From: Nemertoderma westbladi | Taxonomy: Eukaryota; Animalia; Xenacoelomorpha | Assembly: GCA_032718475.1 (NCBI GenBank) | Contig: JAUCBJ010004934.1 | Span: 76,535 to 140,534, forward strand | Length of the DNA: 64,000 nucleotides | Reading direction: 5' to 3' | Part shown: positions 29,401 through 44,400 of the stretch, one piece after another | How the letters are laid out: each line of letters starts with the position of its first letter | Position numbering within the stretch: the stretch's first letter is position 1 | Notes under the pieces: model-generated | Databases searched by the model: none | Told to the model about the DNA's origin: nothing | Seen by the model: the letters and a program-made list of their open reading frames with translations, nothing else | Program-made: the position numbers and the translations under genes

Positions 29401-32400
29401 AAATAAAGTAACTATATCAACACAGTTTGGGTACAGTCTAGAACTTTCATTATATTTGCTACTAAAAATAAAGTAACTATATCAACACAGTTTGGGTACA
29501 GTCTAGAACTTTCATTATATTTGCTACTAAAAATTACTGAGAGCGAGAATAACATTATATTTGCTACTAAAAATAAAGTAACTATATCAACACAGTTTGG
29601 GTACAGTCTAGAACTTTCATTATATTTGCTACTAAAAATAAAGTAACTATATCAACACAGTTTGGGTACAGTCTAGAACTTTCATTATATTTGCTACTAA
29701 AAATAAAGTAACTATATCAACACAGTTTGGGTACAGTCTAGAACTTTCATTATATTTGCTACTAAAAATAAAGTAACTATATCAACACAGTTTGGGTACA
29801 GTCTAGAACTTTCATTATATTTGCTACTAAAAATAAAGTAACTATATCAACACAGTTTGGGTACAGTCTAGAACTTTCATTATATTTGCTACTAAAAATA
29901 AAGTAACTATATCAACATAGTTTGGGTACAGTCTAGAACTTTCATTATATTTGCTACTAAAAATTACCGAGAGCGAGAATAACATTATATTTGCTACTAA
30001 AAATAAAGTAACTATATCAACACAGTTTGGGTACAGTCTAGAACTTTCATTATATTTGCTACTAAAAATTACCGAGAGCGAGAATAACATTATATTTGCT
30101 ACTAAAAATAAAGTAACTATATCAACACAGTTTGGGTACAGTCTAGAACTTTCATTATATTTGCTACTAAAAATTACCGAGAGCGAGAATAACATTATAT
30201 TTGCTACTAAAAATAAAGTAACTATATCAACACAGTTTGGGTACAGTCTAGAACTTTCATTATATTTGCTACTAAAAATAAAGTAACTATATCAACACAG
30301 TTTGGGTACAGTCTAGAACTTTCATTATATTTGCTACTAAAAATTACTGAGAGCGAGAATAACATTATATTTGCTACTAAAAATAAAGTAACTATATCAA
30401 CACAGTTTGGGTACAGTCTAGAACTTTCATTATATTAGCTACTAAAAATAAAGTAACTATATCAACACAGTTTGGGTACAGTCTAGAACTTTCATTATAT
30501 TTGCTACTAAAAATAAAGTAACTATATCAACACAGTTTGGGTACAGTCTAGAACTTTCATTATATTTGCTACTAAAAATAAAGTAACTATATCAACACAG
30601 TTTGGGTACAGTCTAGAACTTTCATTATATTTGCTACTAAAAATAAAGTAACTATATCAACACAGTTTGGGTACAGTCTAGAACTTTCATTATATTTGCT
30701 ACTAAAAATTACTGAGAGCGAGAATAACATTATATTTGCTACTAAAAATAAAGTAACTATATCAACACAGTTTGGGTACAGTCTAGAACTTTCATTATAT
30801 TTGCTACTAAAAATTACTGAGAGCGAGAATAACATTATATTTGCTACTAAAAATAAAGTAACTATATCAACACAGTTTGGGTACAGTCTAGAACTTTCAT
30901 TATATTAGCTACTAAAAATAAAGTAACTATATCAACACAGTTTGGGTACAGTCTAGAACTTTCATTATATTTGCTACTAAAAATAAAGTAACTATATCAA
31001 CACAGTTTGGGTACAGTCTAGAACTTTCATTATATTTGCTACTAAAAATTACTGAGAGCGAGAATAACATTATATTTGCTACTAAAAATAAAGTAACTAT
31101 ATCAACACAGTTTGGGTACAGTCTAGAACTTTCATTATATTAGCTACTAAAAATAAAGTAACTATATCAACACAGTTTGGGTACAGTCTAGAACTTTCAT
31201 TATATTTGCTACTAAAAATAAAGTAACTATATCAACACAGTTTGGGTACAGTCTAGAACTTTCATTATATTTGCTACTAAAAATTACTGAGAGCGAGAAT
31301 AACATTATATTTGCTACTAAAAATAAAGTAACTATATCAACACAGTTTGGGTACAGTCTAGAACTTTCATTATATTTGCTACTAAAAATTACTGAGAGCG
31401 AGAATAACATTATATTTGCTACTAAAAATAAAGTAACTATATCAACACAGTTTGGGTACAGTCTAGAACTTTCATTATATTAGCTACTAAAAATAAAGTA
31501 ACTATATCAACACAGTTTGGGTACAGTCTAGAACTTTCATTATATTTGCTACTAAAAATAAAGTAACTATATCAACACAGTTTGGGTACAGTCTAGAACT
31601 TTCATTATATTTGCTACTAAAAATAAAGTAACTATATCAACACAGTTTGGGTACAGTCTAGAACTTTCATTATATTTGCTACTAAAAATAAAGTAACTAT
31701 ATCAACACAGTTTGGGTACAGTCTAGAACTTTCATTATATTTGCTACTAAAAATAAAGTAACTATATCAACACAGTTTGGGTACAGTCTAGAACTTTCAT
31801 TATATTTGCTACTAAAAATAAAGTAACTATATCAACACAGTTTGGGTACAGTCTAGAACTTTCATTATATTTGCTACTAAAAATAAAGTAACTATATCAA
31901 CACAGTTTGGGTACAGTCTAGAACTTTCATTATATTTGCTACTAAAAATTACTGAGAGCGAGAATAACATTATATTTGCTACTAAAAATAAAGTAACTAT
32001 ATCAACATAGTTTGGGTACAGTCTAGAACTTTCATTATATTTGCTACTAAAAATAAAGTAACTATATCAACACAGTTTGGGTACAGTCTAGAACTTTCAT
32101 TATATTTGCTACTAAAAATTACTGAGAGCGAGAATAACATTATATTTGCTACTAAAAATAAAGTAACTATATCAACATAGTTTGGGTACAGTCTAGAACT
32201 TTCATTATATTTGCTACTAAAAATAAAGTAACTATATCAACACAGTTTGGGTACAGTCTAGAACTTTCATTATATTTGCTACTAAAAATAAAGTAACTAT
32301 ATCAACACAGTTTGGGTACAGTCTAGAACTTTCATTATATTTGCTACTAAAAATAAAGTAACTATATCAACACAGTTTGGGTACAGTCTAGAACTTTCAT

Positions 32401-35400
32401 TATATTTGCTACTAAAAATAAAGTAACTATATCAACACAGTTTGGGTACAGTCTAGAACTTTCATTATATTTGCTACTAAAAATAAAGTAACTATATCAA
32501 CATAGTTTGGGTACAGTCTAGAACTTTCATTATATTTGCTACTAAAAATAAAGTAACTATATCAACATAGTTTGGGTACAGTCTAGAACTTTCATTATAT
32601 TTGCTACTAAAAATAAAGTAACTATATCAACACAGTTTGGATACAGTCTAGAACTTTCATTATATTAGCTACTAAAAATAAAGTAACTATATCAACACAG
32701 TTTGGGTACAGTCTAGAACTTTCATTATATTTGCTACTAAAAATAAAGTAACTATATCAACACAGTTTGGATACAGTCTAGAACTTTCATTATATTAGCT
32801 ACTAAAAATAAAGTAACTATATCAACACAGTTTGGGTACAGTCTAGAACTTTCATTATATTTGCTACTAAAAATAAAGTAACTATATCAACATAGTTTGG
32901 GTACAGTCTAGAACTTTCATTATATTTGCTACTAAAAATAAAGTAACTATATCAACACAGTTTGGATACAGTCTAGAACTTTCATTATATTAGCTACTAA
33001 AAATAAAGTAACTATATCAACACAGTTTGGGTACAGTCTAGAACTTTCATTATATTTGCTACTAAAAATAAAGTAACTATATCAACACAGTTTGGGTACA
33101 GTCTAGAACTTTCATTATATTTGCTACTAAAAATAAAGTAACTATATCAACATAGTTTGGGTACAGTCTAGAACTTTCATTATATTTGCTACTAAAAATA
33201 AAGTAACTATATCAACACAGTTTGGGTACAGTCTAGAACTTTCATTATATTTGCTACTAAAAATAAAGTAACTATATCAACACAGTTTGGGTACAGTCTA
33301 GAACTTTCATTATATTTGCTACTAAAAATAAAGTAACTATATCAACACAGTTTGGGTACAGTCTAGAACTTTCATTATATTTGCTACTAAAAATAAAGTA
33401 ACTATATCAACATAGTTTGGGTACAGTCTAGAACTTTCATTATATTTGCAACTAAAAATAAAGTAACTATATCAACATAGTTTGGGTACAGTCTAGAACT
33501 TTCATTATATTTGCTACTAAAAATAAAGTAACTATATCAACATAGTTTGGGTACAGTCTAGAACTTTCATTATATTTGCTACTAAAAATTACTGAGAGCG
33601 AGAATAACATTATATTTGCTACTAAAAATAAAGTAACTATATCAACATAGTTTGGGTACAGTCTAGAACTTTCATTATATTTGCTACTAAAAATAAAGTA
33701 ACTATATCAACACAGTTTGGGTACAGTCTAGAACTTTCATTATATTTGCTACTAAAAATTACTGAGAGCGAGAATAACATTATATTTGCTACTAAAAATA
33801 AAGTAACTATATCAACATAGTTTGGGTACAGTCTAGAACTTTCATTATATTTGCTACTAAAAATAAAGTAACTATATCAACACAGTTTGGGTACAGTCTA
33901 GAACTTTCATTATATTTGCTACTAAAAATAAAGTAACTATATCAACATAGTTTGGGTACAGTCTAGAACTTTCATTATATTTGCTACTAAAAATAAAGTA
34001 ACTATATCAACACAGTTTGGGTACAGTCTAGAACTTTCATTATATTTGCTACTAAAAATAAAGTAACTATATCAACACAGTTTGGGTACAGTCTAGAACT
34101 TTCATTATATTTGCTACTAAAAATAAAGTAACTATATCAACACAGTTTGGGTACAGTCTAGAACTTTCATTATATTTGCTACTAAAAATAAAGTAACTAT
34201 ATCAACACAGTTTGGGTACAGTCTAGAACTTTCATTATATTTGCTACTAAAAATAAAGTAACTATATCAACACAGTTTGGGTACAGTCTAGAACTTTCAT
34301 TATATTTGCTACTAAAAATAAAGTAACTATATCAACACAGTTTGGGTACAGTCTAGAACTTTCATTATATTTGCTACTAAAAATTACTGAGAGCGAGAAT
34401 AACATTATATTTGCTACTAAAAATAAAGTAACTATATCAACATAGTTTGGGTACAGTCTAGAACTTTCATTATATTTGCTACTAAAAATAAAGTAACTAT
34501 ATCAACATAGTTTGGGTACAGTCTAGAACTTTCATTATATTTGCTACTAAAAATAAAGTAACTATATCAACACAGTTTGGGTACAGTCTAGAACTTTCAT
34601 TATATTTGCTACTAAAAATAAAGTAACTATATCAACACAGTTTGGGTACAGTCTAGAACTTTCATTATATTTGCTACTAAAAATAAAGTAACTATATCAA
34701 CACAGTTTGGGTACAGTCTAGAACTTTCATTATATTTGCTACTAAAAATAAAGTAACTATATCAACACAGTTTGGGTACAGTCTAGAACTTTCATTATAT
34801 TTGCTACTAAAAATTACTGAGAGCGAGAATAACATTATATTTGCTACTAAAAATAAAGTAACTATATCAACATAGTTTGGGTACAGTCTAGAACTTTCAT
34901 TATATTTGCTACTAAAAATAAAGTAACTATATCAACACAGTTTGGGTACAGTCTAGAACTTTCATTATATTTGCTACTAAAAATAAAGTAACTATATCAA
35001 CACAGTTTGGGTACAGTCTAGAACTTTCATTATATTTGCTACTAAAAATAAAGTAACTATATCAACACAGTTTGGGTACAGTCTAGAACTTTCATTATAT
35101 TTGCTACTAAAAATAAAGTAACTATATCAACACAGTTTGGGTACAGTCTAGAACTTTCATTATATTTGCTACTAAAAATAAAGTAACTATATCAACACAG
35201 TTTGGGTACAGTCTAGAACTTTCATTATATTTGCTACTAAAAATAAAGTAACTATATCAACACAGTTTGGGTACAGTCTAGAACTTTCATTATATTTGCT
35301 ACTAAAAATAAAGTAACTATATCAACACAGTTTGGGTACAGTCTAGAACTTTCATTATATTTGCTACTAAAAATAAAGTAACTATATCAACACAGTTTGG

Positions 35401-38400
35401 GTACAGTCTAGAACTTTCATTATATTTGCTACTAAAAATTACTGAGAGCGAGAATAACATTATATTTGCTACTAAAAATAAAGTAACTATATCAACATAG
35501 TTTGGGTACAGTCTAGAACTTTCATTATATTTGCTACTAAAAATAAAGTAACTATATCAACATAGTTTGGGTACAGTCTAGAACTTTCATTATATTTGCT
35601 ACTAAAAATAAAGTAACTATATCAACACAGTTTGGGTACAGTCTAGAACTTTCATTATATTTGCTACTAAAAATAAAGTAACTATATCAACATAGTTTGG
35701 GTACAGTCTAGAACTTTCATTATATTTGCTACTAAAAATAAAGTAACTATATCAACACAGTTTGGGTACAGTCTAGAACTTTCATTATATTTGCTACTAA
35801 AAATAAAGTAACTATATCAACACAGTTTGGGTACAGTCTAGAACTTTCATTATATTTGCTACTAAAAATAAAGTAACTATATCAACACAGTTTGGGTACA
35901 GTCTAGAACTTTCATTATATTTGCTACTAAAAATAAAGTAACTATATCAACATAGTTTGGGTACAGTCTAGAACTTTCATTATATTTGCAACTAAAAATA
36001 AAGTAACTATATCAACATAGTTTGGGTACAGTCTAGAACTTTCATTATATTTGCTACTAAAAATAAAGTAACTATATCAACATAGTTTGGGTACAGTCTA
36101 GAACTTTCATTATATTTGCTACTAAAAATTACTGAGAGCGAGAATAACATTATATTTGCTACTAAAAATAAAGTAACTATATCAACATAGTTTGGGTACA
36201 GTCTAGAACTTTCATTATATTTGCTACTAAAAATAAAGTAACTATATCAACACAGTTTGGGTACAGTCTAGAACTTTCATTATATTTGCTACTAAAAATT
36301 ACTGAGAGCGAGAATAACATTATATTTGCTACTAAAAATAAAGTAACTATATCAACATAGTTTGGGTACAGTCTAGAACTTTCATTATATTTGCTACTAA
36401 AAATAAAGTAACTATATCAACACAGTTTGGGTACAGTCTAGAACTTTCATTATATTTGCTACTAAAAATTACTGAGAGCGAGAATAACATTATATTTGCT
36501 ACTAAAAATAAAGTAACTATATCAACATAGTTTGGGTACAGTCTAGAACTTTCATTATATTTGCTACTAAAAATAAAGTAACTATATCAACATAGTTTGG
36601 GTACAGTCTAGAACTTTCATTATATTTGCTACTAAAAATTACTGAGAGCGAGAATAACATTATATTTGCTACTAAAAATAAAGTAACTATATCAACATAG
36701 TTTGGGTACAGTCTAGAACTTTCATTATATTTGCTACTAAAAATTACTGAGAGCGAGAATAACATTATATTTGCTACTAAAAATAAAGTAACTATATCAA
36801 CATAGTTTGGGTACAGTCTAGAACTTTCATTATATTTGCTACTAAAAATAAAGTAACTATATCAACATAGTTTGGGTACAGTCTAGAACTTTCATTATAT
36901 TTGCTACTAAAAATAAAGTAACTATATCAACACAGTTTGGGTACAGTCTAGAACTTTCATTATATTTGCTACTAAAAATTACTGAGAGCGAGAATAACAT
37001 TATATTTGCTACTAAAAATAAAGTAACTATATCAACATAGTTTGGGTACAGTCTAGAACTTTCATTATATTTGCTACTAAAAATAAAGTAACTATATCAA
37101 CATAGTTTGGGTACAGTCTAGAACTTTCATTATATTTGCTACTAAAAATAAAGTAACTATATCAACATAGTTTGGGTACAGTCTAGAACTTTCATTATAT
37201 TTGCTACTAAAAATAAAGTAACTATATCAACACAGTTTGGGTACAGTCTAGAACTTTCATTATATTTGCTACTAAAAATAAAGTAACTATATCAACACAG
37301 TTTGGGTACAGTCTAGAACTTTCATTATATTTGCTACTAAAAATTACTGAGAGCGAGAATAACATTATATTTGCTACTAAAAATAAAGTAACTATATCAA
37401 CATAGTTTGGGTACAGTCTAGAACTTTCATTATATTTGCTACTAAAAATAAAGTAACTATATCAACACAGTTTGGGTACAGTCTAGAACTTTCATTATAT
37501 TTGCTACTAAAAATAAAGTAACTATATCAACACAGTTTGGGTACAGTCTAGAACTTTCATTATATTTGCTACTAAAAATAAAGTAACTATATCAACACAG
37601 TTTGGGTACAGTCTAGAACTTTCATTATATTTGCTACTAAAAATAAAGTAACTATATCAACACAGTTTGGGTACAGTCTAGAACTTTCATTATATTTGCT
37701 ACTAAAAATAAAGTAACTATATCAACACAGTTTGGGTACAGTCTAGAACTTTCATTATATTTGCTACTAAAAATAAAGTAACTATATCAACATAGTTTGG
37801 GTACAGTCTAGAACTTTCATTATATTTGCTACTAAAAATAAAGTAACTATATCAACATAGTTTGGGTACAGTCTAGAACTTTCATTATATTTGCTACTAA
37901 AAATAAAGTAACTATATCAACATAGTTTGGGTACAGTCTAGAACTTTCATTATATTTGCTACTAAAAATAAAGTAACTATATCAACACAGTTTGGGTACA
38001 GTCTAGAACTTTCATTATATTTGCTACTAAAAATAAAGTAACTATATCAACATAGTTTGGGTACAGTCTAGAACTTTCATTATATTTGCTACTAAAAATA
38101 AAGTAACTATATCAACATAGTTTGGGTACAGTCTAGAACTTTCATTATATTTGCTACTAAAAATAAAGTAACTATATCAACACAGTTTGGGTACAGTCTA
38201 GAGCTTTCATTATATTTGCTACTAAAAATAAAGTAACTATATCAACACAGTTTGGGTACAGTCTAGAACTTTCATTATATTAGCTACTAAAAATAAAGTA
38301 ACTATATCAACATAGTTTGGGTACAGTCTAGAACTTTCATTATATTTGCTACTAAAAATAAAGTAACTATATCAACACAGTTTGGGTACAGTCTAGAACT

Positions 38401-41400
38401 TTCATTATATTAGCTACTAAAAATAAAGTAACTATATCAACACAGTTTGGGTACAGTCTAGAACTTTCATTATATTTGCTATTAAAAATTACCGCGAGCG
38501 AGAATAACATTATATTTGCTACTAAAAATAAAGTAACTATATCAACATAGTTTGGGTACAGTCTAGAACTTTCATTATATTTGCTACTAAAAATAAAGTA
38601 ACTATATCAACACAGTTTGGGTACAGTCTAGAACTTTCATTATATTAGCTACTAAAAATAAAGTAACTATATCAACACAGTTTGGGTACAGTCTAGAGCT
38701 TTCATTATATTTGCTACTAAAAATAAAGTAACTATATCAACACAGTTTGGGTACAGTCTAGAACTTTCATTATATTAGCTACTAAAAATAAAGTAACTAT
38801 ATCAACACAGTTTGGGTACAGTCTAGAACTTTCATTATATTTGCTACTAAAAATAAAGTAACTATATCAACACAGTTTGGGTACAGTCTAGAACTTTCAT
38901 TATATTTGCTATTAAAAATTACCGCGAGCGAGAATAACATTATATTTGCTACTAAAAATAAAGTAACTATATCAACATAGTTTGGGTACAGTCTAGAACT
39001 TTCATTATATTTGCTACTAAAAATAAAGTAACTATATCAACACAGTTTGGGTACAGTCTAGAACTTTCATTATATTTGCTACTAAAAATAAAGTAACTAT
39101 ATCAACACAGTTTGGGTACAGTCTAGAACTTTCATTATATTAGCTACTAAAAATAAAGTAACTATATCAACACAGTTTGGGTACAGTCTAGAACTTTCAT
39201 TATATTTGCTATTAAAAATTACCGCGAGCGAGAATAACATTATATTTGCTACTAAAAATAAAGTAACTATATCAACATAGTTTGGGTACAGTCTAGAACT
39301 TTCATTATATTTGCTACTAAAAATAAAGTAACTATATCAACACAGTTTGGGTACAGTCTAGAACTTTCATTATATTAGCTACTAAAAATAAAGTAACTAT
39401 ATCAACACAGTTTGGGTACAGTCTAGAGCTTTCATTATATTTGCTACTAAAAATAAAGTAACTATATCAACACAGTTTGGGTACAGTCTAGAACTTTCAT
39501 TATATTTGCTACTAAAAATAAAGTAACTATATCAACACAGTTTGGGTACAGTCTAGAACTTTCATTATATTTGCTACTAAAAATAAAGTAACTATATCAA
39601 CACAGTTTGGGTACAGTCTAGAACTTTCATTATATTTGCTACTAAAAATAAAGTAACTATATCAACACAGTTTGGGTACAGTCTAGAACTTTCATTATAT
39701 TTGCTACTAAAAATAAAGTAACTATATCAACACAGTTTGGGTACAGTCTAGAACTTTCATTATATTTGCTACTAAAAATAAAGTAACTATATCAACACAG
39801 TTTGGGTACAGTCTAGAACTTTCATTATATTAGCTACTAAAAATAAAGTAACTATATCAACATAGTTTGGATACAGTCTAGAACTTTCATTATATTTGCT
39901 ACTAAAAATAAAGTAACTATATCAACACAGTTTGGGTACAGTCTAGAACTTTCATTATATTTGCTACTAAAAATTACTGAGAGCGAGAATAACATTATAT
40001 TTGCTACTAAAAATAAAGTAACTATATCAACATAGTTTGGGTACAGTGTAGAACTTTCATTATATTTGCTACTAAAAATAAAGTAACTATATCAACATAG
40101 TTTGGGTAGAGTCTAGAACTTTCATTATATTTGCTACTAAAAATAAAGTAACTATATCAACATAGTTTGGGTACAGTCTAGAACTTTCATTATATTTGCT
40201 ACTAAAAATTACTGAGAGCGAGAATAACATTATATTTGCTACTAAAAATAAAGTAACTATATCAACATAGTTTGGGTAGAGTCTAGAACTTTCATTATAT
40301 TTGCTACTAAAAATAAAGTAACTATATCAACATAGTTTGGGTACAGTCTAGAACTTTCATTATATTTGCTACTAAAAATAAAGTAACTATATCAACACAG
40401 TTTGGGTACAGTCTAGAACTTTCATTATATTTGCTACTAAAAATAAAGTAACTATATCAACACAGTTTGGGTACAGTCTAGAACTTTCATTATATTTGCT
40501 ACTAAAAATAAAGTAACTATATCAACACAGTTTGGGTACAGTCTAGAACTTTCATTATATTTGCTACTAAAAATAAAGTAACTATATCAACACAGTTTGG
40601 GTACAGTCTAGAACTTTCATTATATTTGCTACTAAAAATTACTGAGAGCGAGAATAACATTATATTTGCTACTAAAAATAAAGTAACTATATCAACATAG
40701 TTTGGGTACAGTCTAGAACTTTCATTATATTTGCTACTAAAAATAAAGTAACTATATCAACATAGTTTGGGTACAGTCTAGAACTTTCATTATATTTGCT
40801 ACTAAAAATAAAGTAACTATATCAACATAGTTTGGGTACAGTCTAGAACTTTCATTATATTTGCTACTAAAAATAAAGTAACTATATCAACACAGTTTGG
40901 GTACAGTCTAGAACTTTCATTATATTTGCTACTAAAAATAAAGTAACTATATCAACACAGTTTGGGTACAGTCTAGAACTTTCATTATATTAGCTACTAA
41001 AAATAAAGTAACTATATCAACACAGTTTGGGTACAGTCTAGAACTTTCATTATATTTGCTACTAAAAATTACTGAGAGCGAGAATAACATTATATTTGCT
41101 ACTAAAAATAAAGTAACTATATCAACATAGTTTGGGTACAGTGTAGAACTTTCATTATATTTGCTACTAAAAATAAAGTAACTATATCAACATAGTTTGG
41201 GTACAGTCTAGAACTTTCATTATATTTGCTACTAAAAATAAAGTAACTATATCAACATAGTTTGGGTAGAGTCTAGAACTTTCATTATATTTGCTACTAA
41301 AAATAAAGTAACTATATCAACATAGTTTGGGTACAGTCTAGAACTTTCATTATATTTGCTACTAAAAATAAAGTAACTATATCAACATAGTTTGGGTACA

Positions 41401-44400
41401 GTCTAGAACTTTCATTATATTTGCTACTAAAAATAAAGTAACTATATCAACATAGTTTGGGTACAGTCTAGAACTTTCATTATATTTGCTACTAAAAATA
41501 AAGTAACTATATCAACATAGTTTGGGTACAGTCTAGAACTTTCATTATATTTGCTACTAAAAATAAAGTAACTATATCAACATAGTTTGGGTACAGTCTA
41601 GAACTTTCATTATATTTGCTACTAAAAATAAAGTAACTATATCAACATAGTTTGGGTACAGTCTAGAACTTTCATTATATTTGCTACTAAAAATAAAGTA
41701 ACTATATCAACATAGTTTGGGTACAGTCTAGAACTTTCATTATATTTGCTACTAAAAATAAAGTAACTATATCAACATAGTTTGGGTACAGTCTAGAACT
41801 TTCATTATATTTGCTACTAAAAATTACTGAGAGCGAGAATAACATTATATTTGCTACTAAAAATAAAGTAACTATATCAACATAGTTTGGGTACAGTCTA
41901 GAACTTTCATTATATTTGCTACTAAAAATAAAGTAACTATATCAACATAGTTTGGGTACAGTCTAGAACTTTCATTATATTTGCTACTAAAAATTACTGA
42001 GAGCGAGAATAACATTATATTTGCTACTAAAAATAAAGTAACTATATCAACACAGTTTGGGTACAGTCTAGAACTTTCATTATATTAGCTACTAAAAATA
42101 AAGTAACTATATCAACATAGTTTGGGTACAGTCTAGAACTTTCATTATATTTGCTACTAAAAATAAAGTAACTATATCAACACAGTTTGGGTACAGTCTA
42201 GAACTTTCATTATATTTGCTACTAAAAATTACTGAGAGCGAGAATAACATTATATTTGCTACTAAAAATAAAGTAACTATATCAACACAGTTTGGGTACA
42301 GTCTAGAACTTTCATTATATTAGCTACTAAAAATAAAGTAACTATATCAACATAGTTTGGGTACAGTCTAGAACTTTCATTATATTTGCTACTAAAAATA
42401 AAGTAACTATATCAACACAGTTTGGGTACAGTCTAGAACTTTCATTATATTTGCTACTAAAAATTACTGAGAGCGAGAATAACATTATATTTGCTACTAA
42501 AAATAAAGTAACTATATCAACACAGTTTGGGTACAGTCTAGAACTTTCATTATATTAGCTACTAAAAATAAAGTAACTATATCAACATAGTTTGGGTACA
42601 GTCTAGAACTTTCATTATATTTGCTACTAAAAATAAAGTAACTATATCAACATAGTTTGGGTACAGTCTAGAACTTTCATTATATTTGCTACTAAAAATT
42701 ACTGAGAGCGAGAATAACATTATATTTGCTACTAAAAATAAAGTAACTATATCAACACAGTTTGGGTACAGTCTAGAACTTTCATTATATTAGCTACTAA
42801 AAATAAAGTAACTATATCAACATAGTTTGGGTACAGTCTAGAACTTTCATTATATTTGCTACTAAAAATAAAGTAACTATATCAACACAGTTTGGGTACA
42901 GTCTAGAACTTTCATTATATTTGCTACTAAAAATTACTGAGAGCGAGAATAACATTATATTTGCTACTAAAAATAAAGTAACTATATCAACACAGTTTGG
43001 GTACAGTCTAGAACTTTCATTATATTAGCTACTAAAAATAAAGTAACTATATCAACATAGTTTGGGTACAGTCTAGAACTTTCATTATATTTGCTACTAA
43101 AAATTACTGAGAGCGAGAATAACATTATATTTGCTACTAAAAATAAAGTAACTATATCAACACAGTTTGGGTACAGTCTAGAACTTTCATTATATTTGCT
43201 ACTAAAAATAAAGTAACTATATCAACATAGTTTGGGTACAGTCTAGAACTTTCATTATATTTGCTACTAAAAATTACTGAGAGCGAGAATAACATTATAT
43301 TTGCTACTAAAAATAAAGTAACTATATCAACACAGTTTGGGTACAGTCTAGAACTTTCATTATATTTGCTACTAAAAATTACTGAGAGCGAGAATAACAT
43401 TATATTTGCTACTAAAAATAAAGTAACTATATCAACACAGTTTGGGTACAGTCTAGAACTTTCATTATATTAGCTACTAAAAATAAAGTAACTATATCAA
43501 CATAGTTTGGGTACAGTCTAGAACTTTCATTATATTTGCTACTAAAAATTACTGAGAGCGAGAATAACATTATATTTGCTACTAAAAATAAAGTAACTAT
43601 ATCAACACAGTTTGGGTACAGTCTAGAACTTTCATTATATTTGCTACTAAAAATAAAGTAACTATATCAACATAGTTTGGGTACAGTCTAGAACTTTCAT
43701 TATATTTGCTACTAAAAATAAAGTAACTATATCAACATAGTTTGGGTACAGTCTAGAACTTTCATTATATTTGCTACTAAAAATAAAGTAACTATATCAA
43801 CATAGTTTGGGTAGAGTCTAGAACTTTCATTATATTTGCTACTAAAAATAAAGTAACTATATCAACATAGTTTGGGTACAGTCTAGAACTTTCATTATAT
43901 TTGCTACTAAAAATAAAGTAACTATATCAACATAGTTTGGGTACAGTCTAGAACTTTCATTATATTTGCTACTAAAAATTACTGAGAGCGAGAATAACAT
44001 TATATTTGCTACTAAAAATAAAGTAACTATATCAACACAGTTTGGGTACAGTCTAGAACTTTCATTATATTTGCTACTAAAAATAAAGTAACTATATCAA
44101 CACAGTTTGGGTACAGTCTAGAACTTTCATTATATTTGCTACTAAAAATAAAGTAACTATATCAACATAGTTTGGGTACAGTCTAGAACTTTCATTATAT
44201 TTGCTACTAAAAATAAAGTAACTATATCAACATAGTTTGGGTACAGTCTAGAACTTTCATTATATTTGCTACTAAAAATAAAGTAACTATATCAACATAG
44301 TTTGGGTACAGTCTAGAACTTTCATTATATTTGCTACTAAAAATAAAGTAACTATATCAACACAGTTTGGGTACAGTCTAGAACTTTCATTATATTTGCT

